From Nemertoderma westbladi (Eukaryota; Animalia; Xenacoelomorpha): DNA of 42,757 nucleotides. Below the pieces are notes generated by a model. That model was given only the letters and a program-made list of their open reading frames with translations, made no database searches and was not told where the DNA came from. A program made the position numbers and the translations under genes. Where the stretch lies: assembly GCA_032718475.1 (NCBI GenBank), contig JAUCBJ010001615.1:1-42757 (forward strand), in the 5' to 3' direction. Positions 23,901 to 38,900 of the stretch are shown here, piece by piece. The number at the start of each line of letters is the position of its first letter. Positions within the stretch are counted from its first letter, which is position 1.

Positions 23901-26900
23901 AGGCCTCCAGTGGTTTCTCCCTACCTGTATAGATAGTACACTTTTCTTTGACCTCCTCCAGTGGTTTCTCCCTACCTGTATAGATATACTAGTACACTTT
24001 TCTTTGACCTCCTCCAGTGGTTCCTCCCTACCTGTATAGATATACTAGTGCACTTTTCTTTGAAGGCCTCCAGTGGTTTCTCCCTACCTGTATAGATAGT
24101 ACACTTTTCTTTGACCTCCTCCAGTGGTTTCTCCCTACCTGTATAGATATACTAGTACACTTTTCTTTGACCTCCTCCAGTGGTTCCTCCCTACCTGTAT
24201 AGATATACTAGTGCACTTTTCTTTGAAGGCCTCCAGTGGTTTCTCCCTACCTGTATAGATAGTACACTTTTCTTTGACCTCCTCCAGTGGTTTCTCCCTA
24301 CCTGTATAGATATACTAGTACACTTTTCTTTGACCTCCTCCAGTGGTTCCTCCCTACCTGTATAGATATACTAGTGCACTTTTCTTTGAAGGCCTCCAGT
24401 GGTTCCTCCCTACCTGTATAGATATACTAGTACACTTTTCTTTGAACTCCTCTAGTGGTTCCTCCCTACCTGTATAGATATACTAGTACACTTTTCTTTG
24501 ACCTGCTCCAGTGGTTCCTCCCTACCTGTATAGATATACTAGTACACTTTTCTTTGAACTCATCCAGTGGTTCCTTCCTGCCTGTATAGATAGATATACT
24601 AGTACACTTTTCTTTGAATTCTTCCAGTGGTTCCTCCCTACCTGTATAGATACTAGTACACTTTTCTTTGAACTCCTCCAGTGGTTCCTTCCTACCTGTA
24701 TAGATAGATATACTAGTACACATTTCTTTGACCTCCTCCAGTGGTTTCTCCCTACCTGTATAGATACTAGTACACTTTTCTTTGAACTCCTCCAGTGGTT
24801 GCTCCCTACCGGTATAGATATAGTAGTAGTGTGGATGAGTTTCTTTGAACTCATCCAGTGGTTCCTTCCTACCTGTATAGATAGATATACTAGTACACTT
24901 TTCTTTGAAGGCCTCCAGTGGTTCCTCCCTACCGGTATAGATATACTAGTACACTTTTCTTTGACCTCCTCCAGTGGTTTCTCCCTACCGGTATAGATAT
25001 ACTAGTACACTTTTCTTTGAAGGCCTCTAGTGGTTCCTCCCTACCTGTATAGATATACTAGTACACCTTTCTTTGAACTCATCCAGTGGTTCCTCCCTAC
25101 CTGTATAGATATACTAGTACACTTTTCTTTGAAGGCCTCTAGTGGTTCCTCCCTACCTGTATAGATATACTAGTACACCTTTCTTTGAACTCATCCAGTG
25201 GTTCCTCCCTACCTGTATAGATAGATATACTAGTACACTTTTCTTTGAACTCCTCCAGTGGTTGCTCCCTACCGGTATAGATATACTAGTAGTGTGGATG
25301 AGTTTCTTTGAACTCATCCAGTGGTTCCTTCCTACCTGTATAGATAGATATACTAGTACACTTTTCTTTGAAGGCCTCCAGTGGTTCCTCCCTACCTGTA
25401 TAGATATACTAGTACACTTTTCTTTGATCTCCTCCAGTGGTTCCTCCCTACCTGTATAGATATACTAGTACACTTTTCTTTGATCTCCTCCAGTGGTTCC
25501 TCCCTACCTGTATAGATATACTAGTACACTTTTCTTTGACCTCCTCCAGTGGTTTCTCCCTACCGGTATAGATATACTAGTACACTTTTCTTTGAAGGCC
25601 TCTAGTGGTTCCTCCCTACCTGTATAGATATACTAGTACACCTTTCTTTGAACTCATCCAGTGGTTCCTCCCTACCTGTATAGATATACTAGTACACTTT
25701 TCTTTGAAGGCCTCTAGTGGTTCCTCCCTACCTGTATAGATATACTAGTACACCTTTCTTTGAACTCATCCAGTGGTTCCTCCCTACCTGTATAGATAGA
25801 TATACTAGTACACTTTTCTTTGAACTCCTCCAGTGGTTGCTCCCTACCGGTATAGATATACTAGTAGTGTGGATGAGTTTCTTTGAACTCATCCAGTGGT
25901 TCCTTCCTACCTGTATAGATAGATATACTAGTACACTTTTCTTTGAAGGCCTCCAGTGGTTCCTCCCTACCTGTATAGATATACTAGTACACTTTTCTTT
26001 GACCTCCTCCAGTGGTTCCTCCTTACCTGTATAGATATACTAGTACACTTTTCTTTGAAGGCCTCCAGTGGTTCCTCCCTACCTGTATAGATATACTAGT
26101 ACACTTTTCTTTGAAGGTCTCCAGTGGTTCCTCCCTACCTGTATAGATATACTAGTACACTTTTCTTTGACCTCCTCCAGTGGTTCCTCCCTACCGGTAT
26201 AGATATACTAGTACACTTTTCTTTGAAGGCCTCCAGTGGTTCCTCCTTACCTGTATAGATATACTAGTACACTTTTCTTTGAACTCCTCCAGTGGTTCCT
26301 CCCTACCGATATAGATATACTAGTACACTTTTCTTTGAAGGCCTCCAGTGGTTCCTCCCTACCTGTATAGATATACTAGTACACTTTTCTTTGACCTCCT
26401 CCAGTGGTTCCTCCCTACCTGTATAGATACTAGTACACTTTTCTTTGAACTCATCCAGTGGTTCCTTCCTGCCTGTATAGATATACTAGTACACGTTTCT
26501 TTGACCTCCTCAAGTGGTTCCTTCCTGCCTGTATAGATATACTAGTACACGTTTCTTTGACCTCCTCAAGTGGTTCCTTCCTGCCTGTATAGATATACTA
26601 GTACACTTTTCTTTGAAGGCCTCCAGTGGTTCCTCCCTACCGGTATAGATATACTAGTACACGTTTCTTTGACCTCCTCAAGTGGTTCCTTCCTGCCTGT
26701 ATAGATATACTAGTACACTTTTCTTTGAAGGCCTCCAGTGGTTCCTCCCTACCGGTATAGATATACTAGTACACGTTTCTTTGACCTCCTCAAGTGGTTC
26801 CTTCCTGCCTGTATAGATATACTAGTACACTTTTCTTTGAATTCCTCCAGTGGTTCCTCCCTACCTGTATAGATATACTAGTACACTTTTCTTTGACCTC

Positions 26901-29900
26901 CTCCAGTGGTTTCTCCCTACCTGTATAGATATACTAGTACACTTTTCTTTGAAGGCCTCCAGTGGTTCCTCCCTACCGGTATAGATATACTAGTACACGT
27001 TTCTTTGACCTCCTCAAGTGGTTCCTTCCTGCCTGTATAGATATACTAGTACACGTTTCTTTGAGCTCCTCAAGTGGTTCCTTCCTGCCTGTATAGATAT
27101 ACTAGTACACTTTTCTTTGAAGGCCTCCAGTGGTTCCTCCCTACCTGTATAGATATACTAGTACACGTTTCTTTGACCTCCTCAAGTGGTTCCTCCCTAC
27201 CGGTATAGATATACTAGTACACTTTTCTTTGACCTCCTCCAGTGGTTCCTCCCTACCGGTATAGATATACTAGTACACGTTTCTTTGACCTCCTCAAGTG
27301 GTTCCTTCCTGCCTGTATAGATATACTAGTACACGTTTCTTTGACCTCCTCAAGTGGTTCCTTCCTGCCTGTATAGATATACTAGTACACTTTTCTTTGA
27401 ACTCATCCAGTGGTTCCTTCCTACCTGTATAGATACTAGTACACTTTTCTTTGAACTCCTCCAGTGGTCCCTCCCTACCTGTATAGATAGATGTACTAGT
27501 ACACTTTTCTTTGAACTCCTCCAGTGGTTCCTCCCTACCTGTATAGATACTTGTACACTTTTCTTAGAACTCCTCCAGTGGTTCCTTCCTACCTGTATAG
27601 ATATACTAGTACACTTTTCTTTGACCTCCTCTAGTGGTTCCTCCGTACCTGTATAGATATACTAGTACACTTTTCTTTGACCTCCTCCAGTGGTTCCTCC
27701 CTACCTGTATAGATATACTCGTACACTTTTCTTTGAAGGCCTCCAGTGGTTCCTCCTTACCTGTATAGATATACTAGTACACTTTTCTTTGAACTCATCC
27801 AGTGGTTCCTTCCTACCTGTATAGATACTAGTACACTTTTCTTAGAACTCCTCCAGTGGTTCCTCCCTACCGGTATAGATATACTAGTACACTTTTCTTT
27901 GAACTCATCCAGTGGTTCCTTCCTACCTGTATAGATACTAGTACACTTTTCTTTGACCTCCTCCAGTGGTCCCTCCCTACCTGTATAGATAGATGTACTA
28001 GTACACTTTTCTTTGAACTCCTCCAGTGGTTCCTCCCTACCTGTATAGATACTTGTACACTTTTCTTAGAACTCCTCCAGTGGTTCCTTCCTACCTGTAT
28101 AGATATACTAGTACACTTTTCTTTGAACTCCTCCAGTGGTTCCTCCCTACCTATATAGATATACTAGTACACTTTTCTTTGACCTCCTCCAGTGGTTTCT
28201 CCCTACCTGTATAGATATACTAGTACACTTTTCTTTGACCTCCTCCAGTGGTTCCTCCCTACCTATATAGATATACTAAGTACACTTTTCTTTGACCTCC
28301 TCCAGTGGTTCCTCCCTACCTGTATAGATACCAGTACACTTTTCTTTGAACTCCTCTAGTGGTTCCTCCCTACCTGTATAGATATACTAGTACACTTTTC
28401 TTAGAACTCCTCCAGTGGTTCCTCCCTACCGGTATAGATATACTAGTACACTTTTCTTTGAACTCCTCCAGTGGTTCCTCCCTACCTATATAGATATACT
28501 AAGTACACTTTTCTTTGACCTCCTCCAGTGGTTCCTCCCTACCTGTATAGATACCAGTACACTTTTCTTTGAACTCCTCTAGTGGTTCCTCCCTACCTGT
28601 ATAGATATACTAGTACACTTTTCTTTGAACTCCTCCAGTGGTTCCTCCCTATCGGTATAGATATACTAGTACACTTTTCTTTGACCTCCTCCAGTGGTTT
28701 CTCCCTACCTGTATAGATACTAGTACACTTTTCTTTGAATTCCTCCAGTGGTTCCTCCCTACCTGTATAGATATACTAGTACACTTTTCTTTGAACTCCT
28801 CCAGTGGTTCCTCCCTATCGGTATAGATATACTAGTACACTTTTCTTTGAACTCCTCCAGTGGTTCCTCCCTACCTGTATAGATACTTGTACACTTCTTA
28901 GAACTCCTCCAGTGGTTCCTCCCTACCTATATAGATATACTAGTACACTTTTCTTTGACCTGCTCCAGTGGTTCCTCCCTACCTGTATAGATACCAGTAC
29001 ACTTTTCTTTGAACTCCTCTAGTGGTTCCTCCCTACCTGTATAGATATACTAGTACACTTTTCTTTGAACTCCTCCAGTGGTTCCTCCCTATCGGTATAG
29101 ATATACTAGTACACTTTTCTTTGAACTCCTCCAGTGGTTCCTCCCTACCTGTATAGATACTTGTACACTTTTCTTAGAACTCCTCCAGTGGTTCCTTCCT
29201 ACCTGTATAGATATACTAGTACACTTTTCTTTGAACTCCTCCAGTGGTTCCTCCCTACCTATATAGATATACTAGTACACATTTCTTTGATCTCCTCCAG
29301 TGGTTCCTCCCTCCCTGTATAGATATACTAGTACACTTTTCTTTGATCTCCTCCAGTGGTTCCTCCCTACCTGTATAGATACTTGTACACTTTTCTTTGA
29401 ACTCCTCCAGTGGTTCCTCCCTACCTGTATAGATATACTACAGTATTACACTTTTCTTTGAAGGCCTCCAGTGGTTCCTCCCTACCTGTATAGATATACT
29501 AGTACACTTTTCTTTGAACTCATCCAGTGGTTCCTTCCTGCCTGTATAGATAGATATACTAGTACACTTTTCTTTGAATTCTTCCAGTGGTTCCTCCCTA
29601 CCTGTATAGATACTAGTACACTTTTCTTTGAACTCCTCCAGTGGTTCCTTCCTACCTGTATAGATAGATATACTAGTACACATTTCTTTGACCTCCTCCA
29701 GTGGTTTCTCCCTACCTGTATAGATACTAGTACACTTTTCTTTGAACTCCTCCAGTGGTTGCTCCCTACCGGTATAGATATAGTAGTAGTGTGGATGAGT
29801 TTCTTTGAACTCATCCAGTGGTTCCTTCCTACCTGTATAGATAGATATACTAGTACACTTTTCTTTGAAGGCCTCCAGTGGTTCCTCCCTACCGGTATAG

Positions 29901-32900
29901 ATATACTAGTACACTTTTCTTTGACCTCCTCCAGTGGTTTCTCCCTACCGGTATAGATATACTAGTACACTTTTCTTTGAAGGCCTCTAGTGGTTCCTCC
30001 CTACCTGTATAGATATACTAGTACACCTTTCTTTGAACTCATCCAGTGGTTCCTCCCTACCTGTATAGATATACTAGTACACTTTTCTTTGAAGGCCTCT
30101 AGTGGTTCCTCCCTACCTGTATAGATATACTAGTACACCTTTCTTTGAACTCATCCAGTGGTTCCTCCCTACCTGTATAGATAGATATACTAGTACACTT
30201 TTCTTTGAACTCCTCCAGTGGTTGCTCCCTACCGGTATAGATATACTAGTAGTGTGGATGAGTTTCTTTGAACTCATCCAGTGGTTCCTTCCTACCTGTA
30301 TAGATAGATATACTAGTACACTTTTCTTTGAAGGCCTCCAGTGGTTCCTCCCTACCTGTATAGATATACTAGTACACTTTTCTTTGATCTCCTCCAGTGG
30401 TTCCTCCCTACCTGTATAGATATACTAGTACACTTTTCTTTGATCTCCTCCAGTGGTTCCTCCCTACCTGTATAGATATACTAGTACACTTTTCTTTGAC
30501 CTCCTCCAGTGGTTTCTCCCTACCGGTATAGATATACTAGTACACTTTTCTTTGAAGGCCTCTAGTGGTTCCTCCCTACCTGTATAGATATACTAGTACA
30601 CCTTTCTTTGAACTCATCCAGTGGTTCCTCCCTACCTGTATAGATATACTAGTACACTTTTCTTTGAAGGCCTCTAGTGGTTCCTCCCTACCTGTATAGA
30701 TATACTAGTACACCTTTCTTTGAACTCATCCAGTGGTTCCTCCCTACCTGTATAGATAGATATACTAGTACACTTTTCTTTGAACTCCTCCAGTGGTTGC
30801 TCCCTACCGGTATAGATATACTAGTAGTGTGGATGAGTTTCTTTGAACTCATCCAGTGGTTCCTTCCTACCTGTATAGATAGATATACTAGTACACTTTT
30901 CTTTGAAGGCCTCCAGTGGTTCCTCCCTACCTGTATAGATATACTAGTACACTTTTCTTTGACCTCCTCCAGTGGTTCCTCCTTACCTGTATAGATATAC
31001 TAGTACACTTTTCTTTGAAGGCCTCCAGTGGTTCCTCCCTACCTGTATAGATATACTAGTACACTTTTCTTTGAAGGTCTCCAGTGGTTCCTCCCTACCT
31101 GTATAGATATACTAGTACACTTTTCTTTGACCTCCTCCAGTGGTTCCTCCCTACCGGTATAGATATACTAGTACACTTTTCTTTGAAGGCCTCCAGTGGT
31201 TCCTCCTTACCTGTATAGATATACTAGTACACTTTTCTTTGAACTCCTCCAGTGGTTCCTCCCTACCGATATAGATATACTAGTACACTTTTCTTTGAAG
31301 GCCTCCAGTGGTTCCTCCCTACCTGTATAGATATACTAGTACACTTTTCTTTGACCTCCTCCAGTGGTTCCTCCCTACCTGTATAGATACTAGTACACTT
31401 TTCTTTGAACTCATCCAGTGGTTCCTTCCTGCCTGTATAGATATACTAGTACACGTTTCTTTGACCTCCTCAAGTGGTTCCTTCCTGCCTGTATAGATAT
31501 ACTAGTACACGTTTCTTTGACCTCCTCAAGTGGTTCCTTCCTGCCTGTATAGATATACTAGTACACTTTTCTTTGAAGGCCTCCAGTGGTTCCTCCCTAC
31601 CGGTATAGATATACTAGTACACGTTTCTTTGACCTCCTCAAGTGGTTCCTTCCTGCCTGTATAGATATACTAGTACACTTTTCTTTGAAGGCCTCCAGTG
31701 GTTCCTCCCTACCGGTATAGATATACTAGTACACGTTTCTTTGACCTCCTCAAGTGGTTCCTTCCTGCCTGTATAGATATACTAGTACACTTTTCTTTGA
31801 ATTCCTCCAGTGGTTCCTCCCTACCTGTATAGATATACTAGTACACTTTTCTTTGACCTCCTCCAGTGGTTTCTCCCTACCTGTATAGATATACTAGTAC
31901 ACTTTTCTTTGAAGGCCTCCAGTGGTTCCTCCCTACCGGTATAGATATACTAGTACACGTTTCTTTGACCTCCTCAAGTGGTTCCTTCCTGCCTGTATAG
32001 ATATACTAGTACACGTTTCTTTGACCTCCTCAAGTGGTTCCTTCCTGCCTGTATAGATATACTAGTACACTTTTCTTTGAAGGCCTCCAGTGGTTCCTCC
32101 CTACCTGTATAGATATACTAGTACACGTTTCTTTGACCTCCTCAAGTGGTTCCTCCCTACCGGTATAGATATACTAGTACACTTTTCTTTGACCTCCTCC
32201 AGTGGTTCCTCCCTACCGGTATAGATATACTAGTACACGTTTCTTTGACCTCCTCAAGTGGTTCCTTCCTGCCTGTATAGATATACTAGTACACTTTTCT
32301 TTGACCTCCTCAAGTGGTTCCTCCCTACCTGTATAGATACCAGTACACTTTTCTTTGAACTCCTCTAGTGGTTCCTCCCTACCTGTATAGATATACTAGT
32401 ACACTTTTCTTTGAACTCATCCAGTGGTTCCTTCCTACCTGTATAGATACTAGTACACTTTTCTTTGAACTCCTCCAGTGGTCCCTCCCTACCTGTATAG
32501 ATAGATGTACTAGTACACTTTTCTTTGAACTCCTCCAGTGGTTCCTCCCTACCTGTATAGATACTTGTACACTTTTCTTAGAACTCCTCCAGTGGTTCCT
32601 TCCTACCTGTATAGATATACTAGTACACTTTTCTTTGACCTCCTCTAGTGGTTCCTCCGTACCTGTATAGATATACTAGTACACTTTTCTTTGACCTCCT
32701 CCAGTGGTTCCTCCCTACCTGTATAGATATACTCGTACACTTTTCTTTGAAGGCCTCCAGTGGTTCCTCCTTACCTGTATAGATATACTAGTACACTTTT
32801 CTTTGAACTCATCCAGTGGTTCCTTCCTACCTGTATAGATACTAGTACACTTTTCTTAGAACTCCTCCAGTGGTTCCTCCCTACCGGTATAGATATACTA

Positions 32901-35900
32901 GTACACTTTTCTTTGAACTCATCCAGTGGTTCCTTCCTACCTGTATAGATACTAGTACACTTTTCTTTGACCTCCTCCAGTGGTCCCTCCCTACCTGTAT
33001 AGATAGATGTACTAGTACACTTTTCTTTGAACTCCTCCAGTGGTTCCTCCCTACCTGTATAGATACTTGTACACTTTTCTTAGAACTCCTCCAGTGGTTC
33101 CTTCCTACCTGTATAGATATACTAGTACACTTTTCTTTGAACTCCTCCAGTGGTTCCTCCCTACCTGTATAGATATACTAGTACACTTTTCTTTGACCTC
33201 CTCCAGTGGTTTCTCCCTACCTGTATAGATATACTAGTACACTTTTCTTTGACCTCCTCCAGTGGTTCCTCCCTACCTATATAGATATACTAAGTACACT
33301 TTTCTTTGACCTCCTCCAGTGGTTCCTCCCTACCTGTATAGATACCAGTACACTTTTCTTTGAACTCCTCTAGTGGTTCCTCCCTACCTGTATAGATATA
33401 CTAGTACACTTTTCTTAGAACTCCTCCAGTGGTTCCTCCCTACCGGTATAGATATACTAGTACACTTTTCTTTGAACTCCTCCAGTGGTTCCTCCCTACC
33501 TATATAGATATACTAAGTACACTTTTCTTTGACCTCCTCCAGTGGTTCCTCCCTACCTGTATAGATACCAGTACACTTTTCTTTGAACTCCTCTAGTGGT
33601 TCCTCCCTACCTGTATAGATATACTAGTACACTTTTCTTTGAACTCCTCCAGTGGTTCCTCCCTATCGGTATAGATATACTAGTACACTTTTCTTTGACC
33701 TCCTCCAGTGGTTTCTCCCTACCTGTATAGATACTAGTACACTTTTCTTTGAATTCCTCCAGTGGTTCCTCCCTACCTGTATAGATATACTAGTACACTT
33801 TTCTTTGAACTCCTCCAGTGGTTCCTCCCTATCGGTATAGATATACTAGTACACTTTTCTTTGAACTCCTCCAGTGGTTCCTCCCTACCTGTATAGATAC
33901 TTGTACACTTCTTAGAACTCCTCCAGTGGTTCCTCCCTACCTATATAGATATACTAGTACACTTTTCTTTGACCTGCTCCAGTGGTTCCTCCCTACCTGT
34001 ATAGATACCAGTACACTTTTCTTTGAACTCCTCTAGTGGTTCCTCCCTACCTGTATAGATATACTAGTACACTTTTCTTTGAACTCCTCCAGTGGTTCCT
34101 CCCTATCGGTATAGATATACTAGTACACTTTTCTTTGAACTCCTCCAGTGGTTCCTCCCTACCTGTATAGATACTTGTACACTTTTCTTAGAACTCCTCC
34201 AGTGGTTCCTTCCTACCTGTATAGATATACTAGTACACTTTTCTTTGAACTCCTCCAGTGGTTCCTCCCTACCTATATAGATATACTAGTACACATTTCT
34301 TTGATCTCCTCCAGTGGTTCCTCCCTCCCTGTATAGATTTACTAGTACACTTTTCTTTGATCTCCTCCAGTGGTTCCTCCCTACCTGTATAGATACTTGT
34401 ACACTTTTCTTTGAACTCCTCCAGTGGTTCCTCCCTACCTGTATAGATATACTACAGTATTACACTTTTCTTTGAAGGCCTCCAGTGGTTCCTCCCTACC
34501 TGTATAGATATACTAAGTACACTTTTCTTTGACCTCCTCGAGTGGTTCCTCCCTACCTGTATAGATATACTAGTACACTTTTCTTTGAAGGCCTCCAGTG
34601 GTTCCTCCATGCCTGTATAGATATACTAGTACACTTTTCTTTGAAGGCCTCCAGTGGTTCCTCCCTACCTGTATAGATATACTACAGTATTACACTTTTC
34701 TTTGAAGGCCTCCAGTGGTTCCTCCCTACCTGTATAGATATACTAAGTACACTTTTCTTTGACCTCCTCAAGTGGTTCCTCCCTACCTGTATAGATATAC
34801 TAGTACACTTTTTTTTGAAGGCCTCCAGTGGTTCCTCCCTAGCTGTATAGATATACTAGTACACTTTTCTTTGACCTCCTCAAGTGGTTCCTCCCTACCT
34901 GTATAGATATACTAGTACACTTTTCTTTGACCTCCTCAAGTGGTTCCTCCCTACCTGTATAGATACTAGTACACTTTTCTTTGACTTCCTCAAGTGGTTC
35001 CTCCCTACCTGTATAGATATACTAAGTACACTTTTCTTTGAAGGCCTCCAGTGGTTCCTCCCTACCTGTATAGATATACTAGTACACTTTTCTTTGAAGG
35101 CCTCCAGTGGTTCCTCCCTACCTGTATAGATATACTAGTACACTTTTCTTTGAAGGCCTCCTGTGTAGTTCCTCCCTACCTGTATAGATATACTAGTACA
35201 CTTTTCTTTGAAGGCCTCCAGTGGTTCCTCCATGCCTGTATAGATATACTAAGTACACTTTTCTTTGACCTCCTCAAGTGGTTCCTCCCTACCTGTATAG
35301 ATATACTAGTACACTTTTCTTTGACCTCCTCAAGTGGTTCCTCCCTACCTGTATAGATATACTAGTACACTTTTCTTTGACCTCCTCAAGTGGTTCCTCC
35401 CTACCTGTATAGATACTAGTACACTTTTCTTTGACTTCCTCAAGTAGTTCCTCCCTACCTGTATAGATATACTAGTACACTTTTCTTTGACCTCCTCAAG
35501 TGGTTCCTCCCTACCTGTATAGATACTAGTACACTTTTCTTTGACTTCCTCAAGTGGTCCCTCCCTACCTGTATAGATATACTTGTACACTTTTCTTTGA
35601 ACTCCTCCAGTGGTTCCTCCCTACCTGTATAGATACTAGTACACTTTTCTTTGACTTCCTCAAGTGGTTCCTCCCTACCTGTATAGATATACTAAGTACA
35701 CTTTTCTTTGAAGGCCTCCAGTGGTTCCTCCCTACCTGTATAGATATACTAGTACACTTTTCTTTGAAGGCCTCCAGTGGTTCCTCCCTACCTGTATAGA
35801 TATACTACAGTATTACACTTTTCTTTGAAGGCCTCCAGTGGTTCCTCCCTACCTGTATAGATATACTAAGTACACTTTTCTTTGACCTCCTCAAGTGGTT

Positions 35901-38900
35901 CCTCCCTACCTGTATAGATATACTAGTACACTTTTCTTTGAAGGCCTCCAGTGGTTCCTCCCTAGCTGTATAGATATACTAGTACACTTTTCTTTGACCT
36001 CCTCAAGTGGTTCCTCCCTACCTGTATAGATATACTAGTACACTTTTCTTTGACCTCCTCAAGTGGTTCCTCCCTACCTGTATAGATACTAGTACACTTT
36101 TCTTTGACTTCCTCAAGTGGTTCCTCCCTACCTGTATAGATATACTAAGTACACTTTTCTTTGAAGGCCTCCAGTGGTTCCTCCCTACCTGTATAGATAT
36201 ACTAGTACACTTTTCTTTGAAGGCCTCCAGTGGTTCCTCCCTACCTGTATAGATATACTAAGTACACTTTTCTTTGACCTCCTCAAGTGGTTCCTCCCTA
36301 CCTGTATAGATATACTAGTACACTTTTCTTTGAAGGCCTCCAGTGGTTCCTCCCTACCTGTATAGATATACTAGTACACTTTTCTTTGACCTCCTCAAGT
36401 GGTTCCTCCCTACCTGTATAGATATACTAGTACACTTTTCTTTGACCTCCTCAAGTGGTTCCTCCCTACCTGTATAGATACTAGTACACTTTTCTTTGAC
36501 TTCCTCAAGTGGTTCCTCCCTACCTGTATAGATATACTAGTACACTTTTCTTTGAAGGCCTCCAGTGGTTCCTCCCTACCTGTATAGATATACTAGTACA
36601 CTTTTCTTTGAAGGCCTCCAGTGGTTCCTCCCTACCTGTATAGATATACTAGTACACTTTTCTTTGAAGGCCTCCAGTGGTTCCTCCCTACCTGTATAGA
36701 TATACTAGTACACTTTTCTTTGAAGGCCTCCAGTGGTTCCTCCCTACCTGTATAGATATACTAGTACACTTTTCTTTGAAGGCCTCCAGTGGTTCCTCCC
36801 TACCTGTATAGATATACTAGTACACTTTTCTTTGAAGGCCTCCAGTGGTTCCTCCCTACCTGTATAGATATACTAGTACACTTTTCTTTGAAGGCCTCCA
36901 GTGGTTCCTCCCTACCTGTATAGATATACTAGTACACTTTTCTTTGAAGGCCTCCAGTGGTTCCTCCCTACCTGTATAGATATACTAGTACACTTTTCTT
37001 TGAAGGCCTCCAGTGGTTCCTCCCTACCTGTATAGATATACTAGTACACTTTTCTTTGAAGGCCTCCAGTGGTTCCTCCCTACCTGTATAGATATACTAG
37101 TACACTTTTCTTTGAAGGCCTCCAGTGGTTCCTCCCTACCTGTATAGATATACTAGTACACTTTTCTTTGACCTCCTCAAGTGGTTCCTCCCTACCTGTA
37201 TAGATACTAGTACACTTTTCTTTGACTTCCTCAAGTGGTTCCTCCCTACCTGTATAGATATACTAGTACACTTTTCTTTGAAGGCCTCCAGTGGTTCCTC
37301 CCTACCTGTATAGATATACTAGTACACTTTTCTTTGAAGGCCTCCAGTGGTTCCTCCCTACCTGTATAGATATACTAGTACACTTTTCTTTGACCTCCTC
37401 AAGTGGTTCCTCCCTACCTGTATAGATATACTAGTACACTTTTCTTTGAAGGCCTCCAGTGGTTCCTCCCTACCTGTATAGATATACTAGTACACTTTTC
37501 TTTGACCTCCTCAAGTGGTTCCTCCCTACCTGTATAGATATACTAGTACACTTTTCTTTGACCTCCTCAAGTGGTTCCTCCCTACCTGTATAGATACTAG
37601 TACACTTTTCTTTGACTTCCTCAAGTGGTTCCTCCCTACCTGTATAGATATACTAAGTACACTTTTCTTTGAAGGCCTCCAGTGGTTCCTCCCTACCTGT
37701 ATAGATATACTAGTACACTTTTCTTTGAAGGCCTCCAGTGGTTCCTCCCTACCTGTATAGATATACTAGTACACTTTTCTTTGAAGGCCTCCAGTGGTTC
37801 CTCCCTACCTGTATAGATATACTAGTACACTTTTCTTTGAAGGCCTCCAGTGGTTCCTCCCTACCTGTATAGATATACTAGTACACTTTTCTTTGAAGGC
37901 CTCCAGTGGTTCCTCCCTACCTGTATAGATATACTAGTACACTTTTCTTTGAAGGCCTCCAGTGGTTCCTCCCTACCTGTATAGATATACTAGTACACTT
38001 TTCTTTGAAGGCCTCCAGTGGTTCCTCCCTACCTGTATAGATATACTAGTACACTTTTCTTTGAAGGCCTCCAGTGGTTCCTCCCTACCTGTATAGATAT
38101 ACTAGTACACTTTTCTTTGAAGGCCTCCAGTGGTTCCTCCCTACCTGTATAGATATACTAGTACACTTTTCTTTGAAGGCCTCCAGTGGTTCCTCCCTAC
38201 CTGTATAGATATACTAGTACACTTTTCTTTGAAGGCCTCCAGTGGTTCCTCCCTACCTGTATAGATATACTAGTACACTTTTCTTTGAAGGCCTCCAGTG
38301 GTTCCTCCCTACCTGTATAGATATACTAGTACACTTTTCTTTGAAGGCCTCCAGTGGTTCCTCCCTACCTGTATAGATATACTAGTACACTTTTCTTTGA
38401 AGGCCTCCAGTGGTTCCTCCCTACCTGTATAGATATACTAGTACACTTTTCTTTGAAGGCCTCCAGTGGTTCCTCCCTACCTGTATAGATATACTAGTAC
38501 ACTTTTCTTTGACCGGCCTCCAGTGGTTCCTCCCTACCTGTATAGATATACTAGTACACTTTTCTTTGAAGGCCTCCAGTGGTTCCTCCCTACCTGTATA
38601 GATATACTAGTACACTTTTCTTTGAAGGCCTCCAGTGGTTCCTCCCTACCTGTATAGATATACTAGTACACTTTTCTTTGAAGGCCTCCAGTGGTTCCTC
38701 CCTACCTGTATAGATATACTAGTACACTTTTCTTTGAAGGCCTCCAGTGGTTCCTCCCTACCTGTATAGATATACTAGTACACTTTTCTTTGAAGGCCTC
38801 CAGTGGTTCCTCCCTACCTGTATAGATATACTAGTACACTTTTCTTTGAAGGCCTCCAGTGGTTCCTCCCTACCTGTATAGATATACTAGTACACTTTTC

